A program made the translations under genes and the position numbers. The notes under the pieces are model-generated. The model ran no database searches, was not told the origin of the DNA, and was given only the letters and a program-made list of their open reading frames with translations. Of a DNA stretch of 64,000 nucleotides, positions 22,489 through 33,787 are shown one piece after another. The first letter of the stretch is position 1. Each line of letters begins with the position of its first letter. Location of the stretch: contig JBFMGU010000010.1 in assembly GCA_040752415.1 (NCBI GenBank), positions 16,023-80,022 on the forward strand, in the 5' to 3' direction. The DNA is from Myxococcota bacterium. Its GTDB lineage: Bacteria; Myxococcota; JACRCW01.

Positions 22489-22792
22489 TCACTCTCTCAC
22501 ACGCTTCGCGGGACTTCGCGACGCTGAGGAAAACCATCGTCATGGTTTCGGGGTGGGCACGGAGGAGGTGCGAGGGCTCAGGACAAGATGGCGAATCTGG
22601 TCCTCAACGTCGTCCAGCATCCCACCATCACGTCCCCCACTGTTGACCGACCCCAAACCGTGGACGCGGACACCGGCCAGCGCGGTGCGCAGCCCGTCAG
22701 CCCGGGGCATGCCCAGGGAGCCATGGCCGGTAGAACCAGGGGCGCAGCGCGACACCAACAATGCTCCATCCAAGGGAAGGAGCGCCAGCGCG

Positions 22793-24748
22793 ATGTTCCT
22801 CGACGTTGAACGCCACGGGCCCTTCGTCCTCGATCCCACCTTCCTCGAGCGCTACCGCCAGCGTCCGGTCGAGTGGGGTTTCGGCGCGCTGTCCTGGGTG
22901 ACGTACCGGCGGACCTACAGCCGGGACGGCGAGCAGTGGTGGCAGACGTGTCGTCGGGTGATCGAAGGAATGTTCACCATCCAGCGGGTCCACTGCCTGC
23001 AGCACGGGCTGCGTTGGGACGCGCACAAGGCCCGCGCCTTCGCGGAGGACGCCTATGACCGGCTATGGTCATTCAAGTGGACGCCGCCCGGACGCGGCCT
23101 GTGGATCATGGGCACGCGCTTCGTCTACGAGCGGGGGGCCGCCGCGCTGAACAACTGCGGCTTCGTTTCCACGCGCAACATCGTCGACGCCTATGCGGAG
23201 CCCTTTGTGTGGATGCTGGCCATGTCCATGTTGGGGGTGGGCGTGGGGTTTGATGTTCGGGGCAAGGGAACCGTCACCGTTGTTGCTCCCGTCCGTGGCC
23301 CGGAACCCCACACCATTGGTGATAGCCGGGAGGGCTGGTGCGAGGCGACCGCGAGGCTCCTGAATGCCTACGTGGGAAAGGGCACGCTGCCTGCGCGCTG
23401 GGACTACTCCCAGATCAGACCGGCGGGGACGCCGCTGCGGGGCTTCGGCGGTGTGGCCAGCGGGCCCGAACCGCTCCGGAAGATGCTCGAGAGCCTGGAG
23501 CAGCTCCATGACGGGTACCGTCAGCGGCCCGTGGATGCCGCGCTCATCGTCGACACCATGAATGTCATTGGCCGTTGCGTGGCGGCGGGCGGCTCCCGGC
23601 GTTCCGCGCAGCTGGCCCTGGGCGGCGCCGACGACCCGCAGTTCCTGGACCTCAAGCAGGACCGGGAGAAGCTGACGGCGTGGCGCTGGGTCTCCAACAA
23701 CTCCGTGGTCGTGCGTGCGGGGACGGACTATCGGGACATGGCGCGCCGCACCGTGGACAACGGTGAGCCCGGCTTCTTCTGGCTCGAGAACGCACAAGCC
23801 TACGGCAGGATGAAGGACCCGCCGAACTGGCTCGACGCCAACGCGGAGGGAAGCAATCCCTGTGTGGAGCAGACCCTGTGGGACCGCGAGCTGTGCACGT
23901 TGGTGGAGACCTACCCCGCGCGGCACGAGAGCGTGGAGGACTACAAGCGCACGCTCACGGTGGCGTACCAGTACGCCAAGGTCGTGACGCTGGTGCCCAC
24001 GCCGGACGCGCGCACGAACGTCGTCATGGCACGCAATCGCCGCATCGGTTGCTCGATGACGGGGATTGTGCAGGCCATCAACCGGCACGGCTACCGTGCG
24101 TTCTTGGGATGGTGCGAAGAAGGCTATCGCCACATCCAGGAGCTGGACCGCGCCTACTCGGATTGGTTGTGCGTTCCCCGCTCCATCAAGACCACCACGG
24201 TGAAACCCTCCGGCACCGTGAGCCTGCTGGCGGGCGCCACACCGGGCGTGCACTGGGATCACGCGCCCTACTACGTGCGGCGGGTTCGCATCGCCCAGGC
24301 GCATCCCCTCGTCGAGATGTGCGCGCGTGCCGGCTACCCCGTGGAGCCCGACCGGTACGCCCCGCAGACCATGGTCATTTCATTCCCGGTCCACAGCGCC
24401 AACCTGGACCGGCGCAAAGCGGACGTCCCGCTGTGGGAGAAGGTCGACCTCGCGGCCCAGATGCAGCGGTACTGGTCGGACAACCAGGTGAGCTGCACCG
24501 CGGAATTCGACCCCGAGCGGGAGGGGGGTGAGCTGCAGCGGGTCCTCTCCGCCTACGAGGACCGGCTCAAGGCCATGGTGTTCCTCCCCGCGCGCGGCCA
24601 CGGCTACGAGCAGCCGCCCTACGAGGAGATGACGCGTGAGCAGTATGTGGAGCAGGTCTCCCGGCTGCGGCCGCTGGAAGGCGTGCTGGATCACGAGCAC
24701 GAACTCGAAGCGCGCGGATGCGAGGGCGGGGTGTGCAGCTTCGAGTGA
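22793..24748 (+). CDS. nrdJ: Class II (adenosylcobalamin-dependent) monomeric ribonucleotide reductase
   Basis: PPGRGLW, ALNNC, NPCVEQ, TTVKPSGTVSLLAG, C-terminal CEGGVC; AAGGAG RBS before ATG 22793. Confidence 0.92.
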   Translation: MFLDVERHGPFVLDPTFLERYRQRPVEWGFGALSWVTYRRTYSRDGEQWWQTCRRVIEGMFTIQRVHCLQHGLRWDAHKARAFAEDAYDRLWSFKWTPPGRGLWIMGTRFVYERGAAALNNCGFVSTRNIVDAYAEPFVWMLAMSMLGVGVGFDVRGKGTVTVVAPVRGPEPHTIGDSREGWCEATARLLNAYVGKGTLPARWDYSQIRPAGTPLRGFGGVASGPEPLRKMLESLEQLHDGYRQRPVDAALIVDTMNVIGRCVAAGGSRRSAQLALGGADDPQFLDLKQDREKLTAWRWVSNNSVVVRAGTDYRDMARRTVDNGEPGFFWLENAQAYGRMKDPPNWLDANAEGSNPCVEQTLWDRELCTLVETYPARHESVEDYKRTLTVAYQYAKVVTLVPTPDARTNVVMARNRRIGCSMTGIVQAINRHGYRAFLGWCEEGYRHIQELDRAYSDWLCVPRSIKTTTVKPSGTVSLLAGATPGVHWDHAPYYVRRVRIAQAHPLVEMCARAGYPVEPDRYAPQTMVISFPVHSANLDRRKADVPLWEKVDLAAQMQRYWSDNQVSCTAEFDPEREGGELQRVLSAYEDRLKAMVFLPARGHGYEQPPYEEMTREQYVEQVSRLRPLEGVLDHEHELEARGCEGGVCSFE

Positions 24749-26818
<2,070 letters not shown>

Positions 26819-26908
26819 GTGCGCTTTCGTCGGTGCGGCTCTGCAAAGACGACGGAGCCCCTGGAGGCGGGGAGCAGAATCAGCTTGGCGCAGAGCAGGC
26901 AGCGGGTG

Positions 26909-28663
26909 TCACGGAGGACGCTCCCATGGGGGCCTCCGCGGCAAGGTGACAACGAAGGTGGTGCCATCCCGGTCGGGTGACTGGACCGTGACGCTCCCGC
27001 CGTGGGCACGCGCGATCTCGCGGACGATGTAGAGGCCCAGCCCGAGCCCGCTGCCGGACTCCTGGGGGCCCGTGCCACGACGGAACGGCTCGAAGAGGCA
27101 AGCCTGCGCCTCCTTGGGAATCGGCGGACCGGGATTGTGGACCTCCAGCGTCACCACGTCCGCGCTGGCGCCCACCCGGACGGACACGGTCCCGGTGCTG
27201 TACTTCAGCGCGTTGGCGACGAGGTTGGAGAGAGCCTGGCCCAGCCGCTCCGGGTCGGCGTCCACGGTGATGGGGCAGGGCGCCTCGAACTGGATCTCCC
27301 GTCCGGGATGCGCCAGTCGGAGCTCCTCCACCACGTTCTCCAGCGGGTCGCACACGTCCACGTGGCGTCTTGCCAGCGGCAGGGGAACGCCCTGCTGGAG
27401 CCGCGCGTAGTCCATGAGCTGGGACACCATCTCCGTCATGCGTTGGACGCTGTTGCCCATCCGCTCCAGGATGCGTGCGTCCGGCGGGGCCAGCGCTCCA
27501 CGTCGTCGCAGCAGCGAGATTCCCAACGTCACCGCGCCCAGCGGGTTGCGCAGGTCATGCGTGACAATGGCCAGCAGGCGGTCTCTCAGCTTCACCGCCT
27601 CCTCGGTGCGAACGCGCTCCGCACGCTCCCGCTCCTCCGCCATCCGCCTGGCCTGCAGCGCTCTCTCCGCCTGCGCGCGCGCCCGCGTCTGACGGTGGGT
27701 GAGGAAGAAGAGGAGCACGCTGGCCACGGTGCCGACAAAACCGGAGGCCGGGACGCTGCGCGGTGTCGTCGAGAATCCGGCAGGCGCGCGGAATCGGATG
27801 GTCCAGGTGTGCTGGGCAATCTGCACCTGGCGCGTCGCCTCGAAGGTTGTCTTCCAGCCCGGTGCCAGGGGCTCGGACAGCAGCGCCGCGGGGTCCGCGG
27901 ATGGCCCGTCATAGACCTCGAACGGCAACGGCGAGCGTCCGCCGGAAAAGCTCCCCCGCACGAAGTCCTCCGCGCGGAACGGCGCGTAGGAAAAGCCCAT
28001 CAGCTGTGCGCGCCGCTCCTCCACCGTCGCGGGTATGCCGCCTCCCCGATACACGGGCACGTAGATGAGGAACCCCGCCTGTTTCCGGCCCTCAATCTCC
28101 TGGACCAGCGTCACCTTTCCGGACAGCTGGGGCCGCGCGTGGTCCCGGGCGCTCTCCATCGCCTCACGACGTACCGGGTGCGTGAACATGTCGTAGCCAA
28201 CCGCGGCGAGATTGCGCGCGTCTTCGGGCTCAAGGAATTCAATCGTGTGGTACTCGTCGCGGACGCCCTCGGGCCATACCCGGAACGAAGGCCGCTGCTC
28301 CCGCTGTCTGGCCACGAACGACGCGACTTCATCTGGAGTTAGTCTCCGCGTGAACCCGATGCCCTGGATGCCAGGGTAATAGCTGTCGATGCGCAGGCGC
28401 GTGACGTATCGGTGGAACTGCCCGGCGTCGACCTCCTCAACAGCGTGGTAGAGGCCGGCCGCGCCGCGAAGCACCGCGATGTAGACCTGCAGCCTGGTCT
28501 CCAGGGCGGACTCCGCCTCGACCATCAGGACCTCGAAGCGGTGCCGGTCGCGGTCATGGAACGCGCGCTGCAGCGTGGTCACGCCCGCAGTGGTGGTTGC
28601 CAGGCCCAGGACCAGGACCACCCAGGGGAGCCATTCACGTCGTGATCGGAGGCGCGCCACCAC
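26909..28663 (-). CDS. CHASE-domain sensor histidine kinase
   Basis: TM-CHASE (YPGIQGIGF, GYDMF..PVRREAM..ARD)-TM, HDLRNPL, GLGLGLYI. Confidence 0.92.
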   Translation of the reverse strand: MVARLRSRREWLPWVVLVLGLATTTAGVTTLQRAFHDRDRHRFEVLMVEAESALETRLQVYIAVLRGAAGLYHAVEEVDAGQFHRYVTRLRIDSYYPGIQGIGFTRRLTPDEVASFVARQREQRPSFRVWPEGVRDEYHTIEFLEPEDARNLAAVGYDMFTHPVRREAMESARDHARPQLSGKVTLVQEIEGRKQAGFLIYVPVYRGGGIPATVEERRAQLMGFSYAPFRAEDFVRGSFSGGRSPLPFEVYDGPSADPAALLSEPLAPGWKTTFEATRQVQIAQHTWTIRFRAPAGFSTTPRSVPASGFVGTVASVLLFFLTHRQTRARAQAERALQARRMAEERERAERVRTEEAVKLRDRLLAIVTHDLRNPLGAVTLGISLLRRRGALAPPDARILERMGNSVQRMTEMVSQLMDYARLQQGVPLPLARRHVDVCDPLENVVEELRLAHPGREIQFEAPCPITVDADPERLGQALSNLVANALKYSTGTVSVRVGASADVVTLEVHNPGPPIPKEAQACLFEPFRRGTGPQESGSGLGLGLYIVREIARAHGGSVTVQSPDRDGTTFVVTLPRRPPWERPP

Positions 28664-28855
28664 ACAAACCTAGCGGCGGCGGCGGGCCGGTTCCGGCGGA
28701 ACGCGGGCGCAAGCGTGGCGGAGCGGTGGGTGCTGCCGGACGTGATGCCAACCGCTAAAGCGCGCCTGGGACTTGCGTGCAGGCGGGAAGACGCCCGCGC
28801 CCACGCTGGTGGTGTCGGATCCGCACCCGCATCACTTCGGGGAGTTGGAGGCCTG

Positions 28856-30487
28856 ATGGCTGAGACGGAAGGCAGGCCCGTCAACATCCTCGTCGTGGAC
28901 GACCGACCGGCAAACGTGCGCGCCATCGAAGCCATCCTGGACCAGCCGGACTACCGGATTGTGCCCGCGCTCAGCGGCGAGGAGGCGCTGCGCCAGGTCC
29001 TGCACCAGGACTTTGCGGTGATCCTGCTGGACGTGGCCATGCCCGGGATGGATGGCTTCGAGACGGCGGCGCTCATCAAGCAGCGGGAGGCGTCCCGGGA
29101 GATTCCCATCATCTTCGTCACCGCCACGGTCTACGAGATGGAACAGGTGTTCCACGGCTACACCATGGGCGCGGTGGACTACCTGCTCAAGCCCCTGGAC
29201 CCGCACGCGCTGCGCGCCAAGGTGTCCGTCTTTGTGCAGCTGTTCCGCCAGCGACGCCGGATTGCCGAGCAGGCGGAGCAGCTCCGGGAGGCGGAGCGGC
29301 GCCAGGGGGAGCTGGAGATGATGCGTGTCCGCTTCGAAGCGGAACGACGCTACCGTAACCTGGCCGAAGCGGTACCGCAGATTGTGTGGCGGGCCACGCC
29401 GGATGGCACCTGGGAGTACGTGAACCGTCGCTGGCTGGAGGCCACCGGGCTCGCACCCGGCCAGGCCCTGGGCGAGGGCTGGACCCACGCCTTGCATCCC
29501 GCCGACGTGGACCCGCACCGCTTGAGCTGGCAGGAATCCGTGCGCTCCGGTGCCCCGTTCGAGCGGGAGTCGCGCCTGCGCAGCGCGGAAGGGTCCTACC
29601 GCTGGTACCTGTGTCGCGCGTTGCCGGAGCGGAGCGCGGAGCAGGGGATCACCGGCTGGCTGGGCACCTTCACCGACGTCGACGACCAGAAACGCCGCGC
29701 GGAGGAGCGGGCGGAGCTGCTGGAGCGGGCGGAGGAGGGCGTGCGCACGCGGGACACCTTCCTGGCGGTGGCCGCGCATGAATTGAAGACGCCGCTGACG
29801 CCCCTGCGCCTGGAGACGCAGCTCCTCCGTCGGGCGCTGGAGCAGGGCGTGCGCGAGCAGCTGGTGCCGGAGCGGGTGATGCCGCGCCTGCAGCTGATGG
29901 AGCGGCAGATTGGCCGCCTGGAGCGGCTCACCAATGACCTGCTGGAGGTGGCCCGCGCCACCCGCGGCTACCTGGAGCTGCAGCGCGACACGGTGGACCT
30001 CTCCGCGCTGCTGACCGAGGTGGTGGCGCGTCACCAGCAGGAGGCGGAGCGCGGCGGCACGCCCATGCACGTCAACGTGCAGCCCGGCGTCGTCGGATAC
30101 TGGGATGCCGGCCGGCTGGAGCAGGTGTTCACCAACCTGATCTCCAACGCCATCAAGTACGGGCGCGGCCAACCCATCCTGGTGACGCTGGACGTTGATG
30201 ACGTGCAGGCCCGCATCCGCGTGCAGGACCACGGCATCGGGGTGCCACCGGAGAGCCAGCAGCGCATCTTCGAGCGGTTCGAGCGCGCGGTCTCGTCGGT
30301 GCACTACGGCGGGCTGGGGCTGGGGCTGTGGATCTCACAGAAGATCGTCGAGGCGCATGGCGGCCGCATCGAGCTGGACAGCCAGCCGGGCGCCGGCGCC
30401 ACCTTCACCGTGTTCCTTCCCCGGCGGGTCGTCGAGAAACAGGACGACGCCACGGCGTACCTGTCCCACTCCGCCTCCCCTGCTTGA
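28856..30487 (+). CDS. REC-PAS sensor histidine kinase
   Basis: ILVVDD...LLDVAMPGMDG, PAS/PAC, AHELKTPL, GGLGLGL; GGAGG RBS. Confidence 0.92.
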   Translation: MAETEGRPVNILVVDDRPANVRAIEAILDQPDYRIVPALSGEEALRQVLHQDFAVILLDVAMPGMDGFETAALIKQREASREIPIIFVTATVYEMEQVFHGYTMGAVDYLLKPLDPHALRAKVSVFVQLFRQRRRIAEQAEQLREAERRQGELEMMRVRFEAERRYRNLAEAVPQIVWRATPDGTWEYVNRRWLEATGLAPGQALGEGWTHALHPADVDPHRLSWQESVRSGAPFERESRLRSAEGSYRWYLCRALPERSAEQGITGWLGTFTDVDDQKRRAEERAELLERAEEGVRTRDTFLAVAAHELKTPLTPLRLETQLLRRALEQGVREQLVPERVMPRLQLMERQIGRLERLTNDLLEVARATRGYLELQRDTVDLSALLTEVVARHQQEAERGGTPMHVNVQPGVVGYWDAGRLEQVFTNLISNAIKYGRGQPILVTLDVDDVQARIRVQDHGIGVPPESQQRIFERFERAVSSVHYGGLGLGLWISQKIVEAHGGRIELDSQPGAGATFTVFLPRRVVEKQDDATAYLSHSASPA

Positions 30488-30513
30488 GGCGCATTCCAGA
30501 ACCCGAGGTCGTG

Positions 30514-30897
30514 ATGGTTGGTAGGATCCTCCTGATTGAAGACGACGCTGACATCCGTGAGTCCATGGCGGACGTGCTCCGCCTGGATGGCCACGACGTG
30601 CAATGCGCCGCCGACGGCGCCAGCGCGCTCCAACTCGTCCTGGGGGGGGCCCGCCCCTCGGTGATCCTGTTGGACATGATGATGCCGGGCATGAGCGGTG
30701 CGGAGTTCCTGGAGCAGTGCCACAGCAACGCGCTGCTGGCCGGCATCCCGGTGGTGGTGGTCACCGCGTACTCGCAGGTTCCGCCCATCGCGCGCACCGC
30801 GGACGCCATGTTGAACAAGCCGGTCCACGTTGACGAGCTGCTCACGCTCACCCGCCAGCTCGTGGCCCGCCAGGTGCCGCCGGCCCCGGTGGTGTGA
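30514..30897 (+). CDS. Single-domain response regulator
   Basis: ILLIEDD, ILLDMMMPGMSG, KP motif. Confidence 0.9.
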   Translation: MVGRILLIEDDADIRESMADVLRLDGHDVQCAADGASALQLVLGGARPSVILLDMMMPGMSGAEFLEQCHSNALLAGIPVVVVTAYSQVPPIARTADAMLNKPVHVDELLTLTRQLVARQVPPAPVV

Positions 30898-30913
30898 ACA
30901 CGGAGTAGGCCGG

Positions 30914-31023
30914 GGACCCAACGCCTTCCGGCATCGATGACGGAATCATCGCCCGCCTGGGGCGCTGATCCGAGCGGCGACGAGGCAGTGCTCAACGCTT
31001 TCTGGCAACGAGGACGGAATCGC
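30914..31023 (-). CRISPR. Detached two-repeat remnant of the array (degenerate repeats 30914-30949 and 30988-31023, 38-bp spacer)
   Basis: GGACCCAACGCCTTCCGGCATCGATGACGGAATCAT and GTGCTCAACGCTTTCTGGCAACGAGGACGGAATCGC versus the + strand consensus GTGCTCAACGCCTTCCGGCATCGAGGACGGAATCAC. Confidence 0.9.
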
Positions 31024-31082
31024 TGGCGGCGAAGCGCCTGGAACGCTCTCTCCCCGCGGCCGCTGTGGGCTGATTTGAGACG

Positions 31083-31409
31083 TCAGTTGCCAGCATCAGG
31101 TAGTCCCGCATCTGGCTGGATGGGGAACTTCAGAGAATCGGCGCAGTCCGCGAAATAGAAGCTGCAGTACCAGGAGTGGCCGGCGTCATTCCTTCCCTCG
31201 TAGTAGCAACGGTCGAACTCGCCGCCCTCCGGGTCCGAGGGGCACACGGTTCCGCAGGTCCCGCCGTCTGGTCCGAGCCCACTGCTGAAAGATGCACCGC
31301 GGCCGCAACTGTTTGGGATCTCGTCAGTTGCGGGGTTACCCGGTGGAGGACACCCGACGCACGCGAGCCAGCCCGCAGCGACGAGAATCCTACTGAGCCG
31401 CGTACTCAT
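31083..31409 (-). CDS. Small Cys-rich putative lipoprotein
   Basis: MSTRLSRILVAAGWLACVGC signal/lipobox-like N-terminus; several Cys; DAG motifs. Confidence 0.6.
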   Translation of the reverse strand: MSTRLSRILVAAGWLACVGCPPPGNPATDEIPNSCGRGASFSSGLGPDGGTCGTVCPSDPEGGEFDRCYYEGRNDAGHSWYCSFYFADCADSLKFPIQPDAGLPDAGN

Positions 31410-31905
31410 ACACGCGATTATCACTCTCAGCTGACAACAGTAGATGACCGGCATCAGATCGCCCCACGAGGTAGTTGCGGACTTGGTCGGAGGGACAAGT
31501 GAAGAAGACACTTACCACTCCCGTCTGGAAAGGACTCCACGTTCCCACGGAAACACGATGACGCCCACCATCAGCGTCTTCGAAGGCCAACCGGACGTGG
31601 GACGACGTGATCGTCGCGGTTCCTTTCAACACCTCCGGTTCCGTCCCATCAGGTACAGAGTGTGTCACCACTGAAATGAGTTCATGGAACCCTTCCGGCA
31701 ATTCGGAAACTGTCCCAAGCGATTGTGGACGCGGTGACTGAGTCGTGGTGCCAAAGACAAGGTACGTTCCTTCCAAGTTCTCTTCGCACGCGAGAGGTTG
31801 TGGGCCCGCGTCGCCTTGACCTCCATCGGTACCAGCGTCGGCCTGAGACATCCCGGTGCAGGCCGAGGTCATGAGCAACAGCGCGAGGCCAACGTGTCTT
31901 CTCAT
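31390..31905 (-). CDS. Putative lipoprotein
   Basis: MRRHVGLALLLMTSAC lipobox; DAGTDGGQGDAG linker; ATGA overlap with the upstream gene. Confidence 0.65.
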   Translation of the reverse strand: MRRHVGLALLLMTSACTGMSQADAGTDGGQGDAGPQPLACEENLEGTYLVFGTTTQSPRPQSLGTVSELPEGFHELISVVTHSVPDGTEPEVLKGTATITSSHVRLAFEDADGGRHRVSVGTWSPFQTGVVSVFFTCPSDQVRNYLVGRSDAGHLLLSAESDNRVYEYAAQ

Positions 31906-33599
31906 GGCAAGCACTCCATGGCGCACGATTCCGTCGAGACCCGAGTACTTACCTCAACACGAATGCACCCGTAGCCAAAGGGCGCAACGAAACATCCCTG
32001 GGAGCTGGGACAGTTTGTGGTTGACCCGCACGTAACCGGGGTGACGATCGCCGAGTGCACAGGCCTTACACAGGATCCGTTTTGCATGTAGCAGCCCCTT
32101 ACCTCGGGGCACTGGTTTGTGCATGGCCACGTTGAGCACCGCCCGTTTGAGCAGGCAAGACCAACCGTGCAATGTTCATCACGGGAACACGTCGAACCAA
32201 GTGGCCTCTTCAAGCGGCATGCAGGCCCGCCAGTGAGGTCCTTTCCGCAGAACGTTTCGGATCCGCAGTCATTGTCGGTCACACAGGGATCGAACTCGTA
32301 CCCCTTTGTGAGCCGCGACATCAGGACGACCTCGTCGTTCTCCGCCAACTGAGCCATAAACGCTCGGTCCTCAGGCACACAGACCAAGTTCGGAACCTCC
32401 CGAGTGAGGTCACCGCTCTCCGGGTGCGTTCCCCACCAAAGCCTGTGCGTGAACGGATCGACAATGTACGTCTGCCGCTCGAACTCCCAGGTATCCAGCG
32501 GAATCGACTGAGGCATGGACCAGAAGCGAGGATCCACCGGGCGACGAAGCTCGAAATGGACATGGGGAGCGGATGACGGGCCAGCGCTCCCAATTCGCGC
32601 AAGGGGTTGCCCGCACTTCACTTCCTCGTTCAGCTTGACCACAGGGCTGTTCTTCATGTTGTGAACGTAGCGAGAGACCGTTCCATCGGAATGCTTGATA
32701 CTGAGGATGTTCGAGGCATTGCCGCCGCCGGGACACACGCTCGGTCCTGCGGAGCCGTGACAGCGGTCCTCATTGCCGTCAACCAATTCCACGACGACCC
32801 CGCCCGCCGCCGCCAGCAGCTCGATTCCACCGAGCTCCATCATGCGAAAGCCCGGCCTTCCAGAGCCGAAATCGATCGCATTGTGGTTGTCCATCGCAGG
32901 GCCCGCAGAGCCCTTGATGACGCCACGTTTCCAATCAACGTCGACTCTGTTGCCAGCTTCAATCCATCGGGTGAGATAGTAGGGTGCGCTGAGTCTCACC
33001 GTCGGGCCCGGGTCGACAGAGGAATCGAAGTCGTCGAGGAACCAATCGCGCGAAAAACCTGCCTGAAGGGCCCCGCGGGCTTCCTCGTGTACCATGACGC
33101 TCGCAGTCGCCGTCGTCGAGTTCACAAGGGAAAACCTGTTTGTGTAACTCGAAAACGCGACTGACGCATCGCGCATTTCAGAAAACGAGACGAAGCGAAC
33201 GCGATCTCCTCGCCTCACTGTTCCGGGCCCCGCGGTCCGCTCCAAGAGCCATATTGAATTGCTGTAGTCATAGACCGACTCGGCACTGGCGGGACCCTGA
33301 TGGATGTGGTTGGTCGTCAAGAACCGCCCTTGGTCTGCTGTGGTGCCGATGGCTGCATAGAATGTCACCAAGTCGCCGTGTTCGAGCGCACCTCCGTTGA
33401 GATCGAGGAGGATGAGGTTTCCGTTGCCCGCAGTCTGGACCGTGCTGAACGTGTTTAGGTTGAGCGGATTGACCGTTAGTGAGCGGCGCCAGAATGTCGT
33501 GTCCCGGATAGCCACGCTGTACGTCCTCTGGAAGGCGTGTGCCATATCCGAGAATGCCAGGCACTGGACCAACGTCGCGACGAAAAGGAAGAACTTCAT
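31902..33599 (-). CDS. Secreted M23 family metallopeptidase with a Cys-rich C-terminal region
   Basis: Signal peptide MKFFLFVATL...AHA; M23 motifs HNAIDF, RYVH, GPSSAPHVHFE; many paired Cys at the C-terminus. Confidence 0.85.
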   Translation of the reverse strand: MKFFLFVATLVQCLAFSDMAHAFQRTYSVAIRDTTFWRRSLTVNPLNLNTFSTVQTAGNGNLILLDLNGGALEHGDLVTFYAAIGTTADQGRFLTTNHIHQGPASAESVYDYSNSIWLLERTAGPGTVRRGDRVRFVSFSEMRDASVAFSSYTNRFSLVNSTTATASVMVHEEARGALQAGFSRDWFLDDFDSSVDPGPTVRLSAPYYLTRWIEAGNRVDVDWKRGVIKGSAGPAMDNHNAIDFGSGRPGFRMMELGGIELLAAAGGVVVELVDGNEDRCHGSAGPSVCPGGGNASNILSIKHSDGTVSRYVHNMKNSPVVKLNEEVKCGQPLARIGSAGPSSAPHVHFELRRPVDPRFWSMPQSIPLDTWEFERQTYIVDPFTHRLWWGTHPESGDLTREVPNLVCVPEDRAFMAQLAENDEVVLMSRLTKGYEFDPCVTDNDCGSETFCGKDLTGGPACRLKRPLGSTCSRDEHCTVGLACSNGRCSTWPCTNQCPEVRGCYMQNGSCVRPVHSAIVTPVTCGSTTNCPSSQGCFVAPFGYGCIRVEVSTRVSTESCAMECLP

Positions 33600-33787
33600 G
33601 CGGGCGCCACAGGACATAGGTGCTCTCCTTTGAGGCGATGCCCTACCAGTGCTGTGGGTTGTGGTCAAGCTTCGACCGAAGCCCGAAGCTGCGCGCGCCC
33701 TGCGCAGGGCACGATGCGCGTCATTCGTTCCTAATAGTCAAGTAGGCGAAACGATTTCCAGGAGACCTCGGGCAAAGAGGTGATGCG

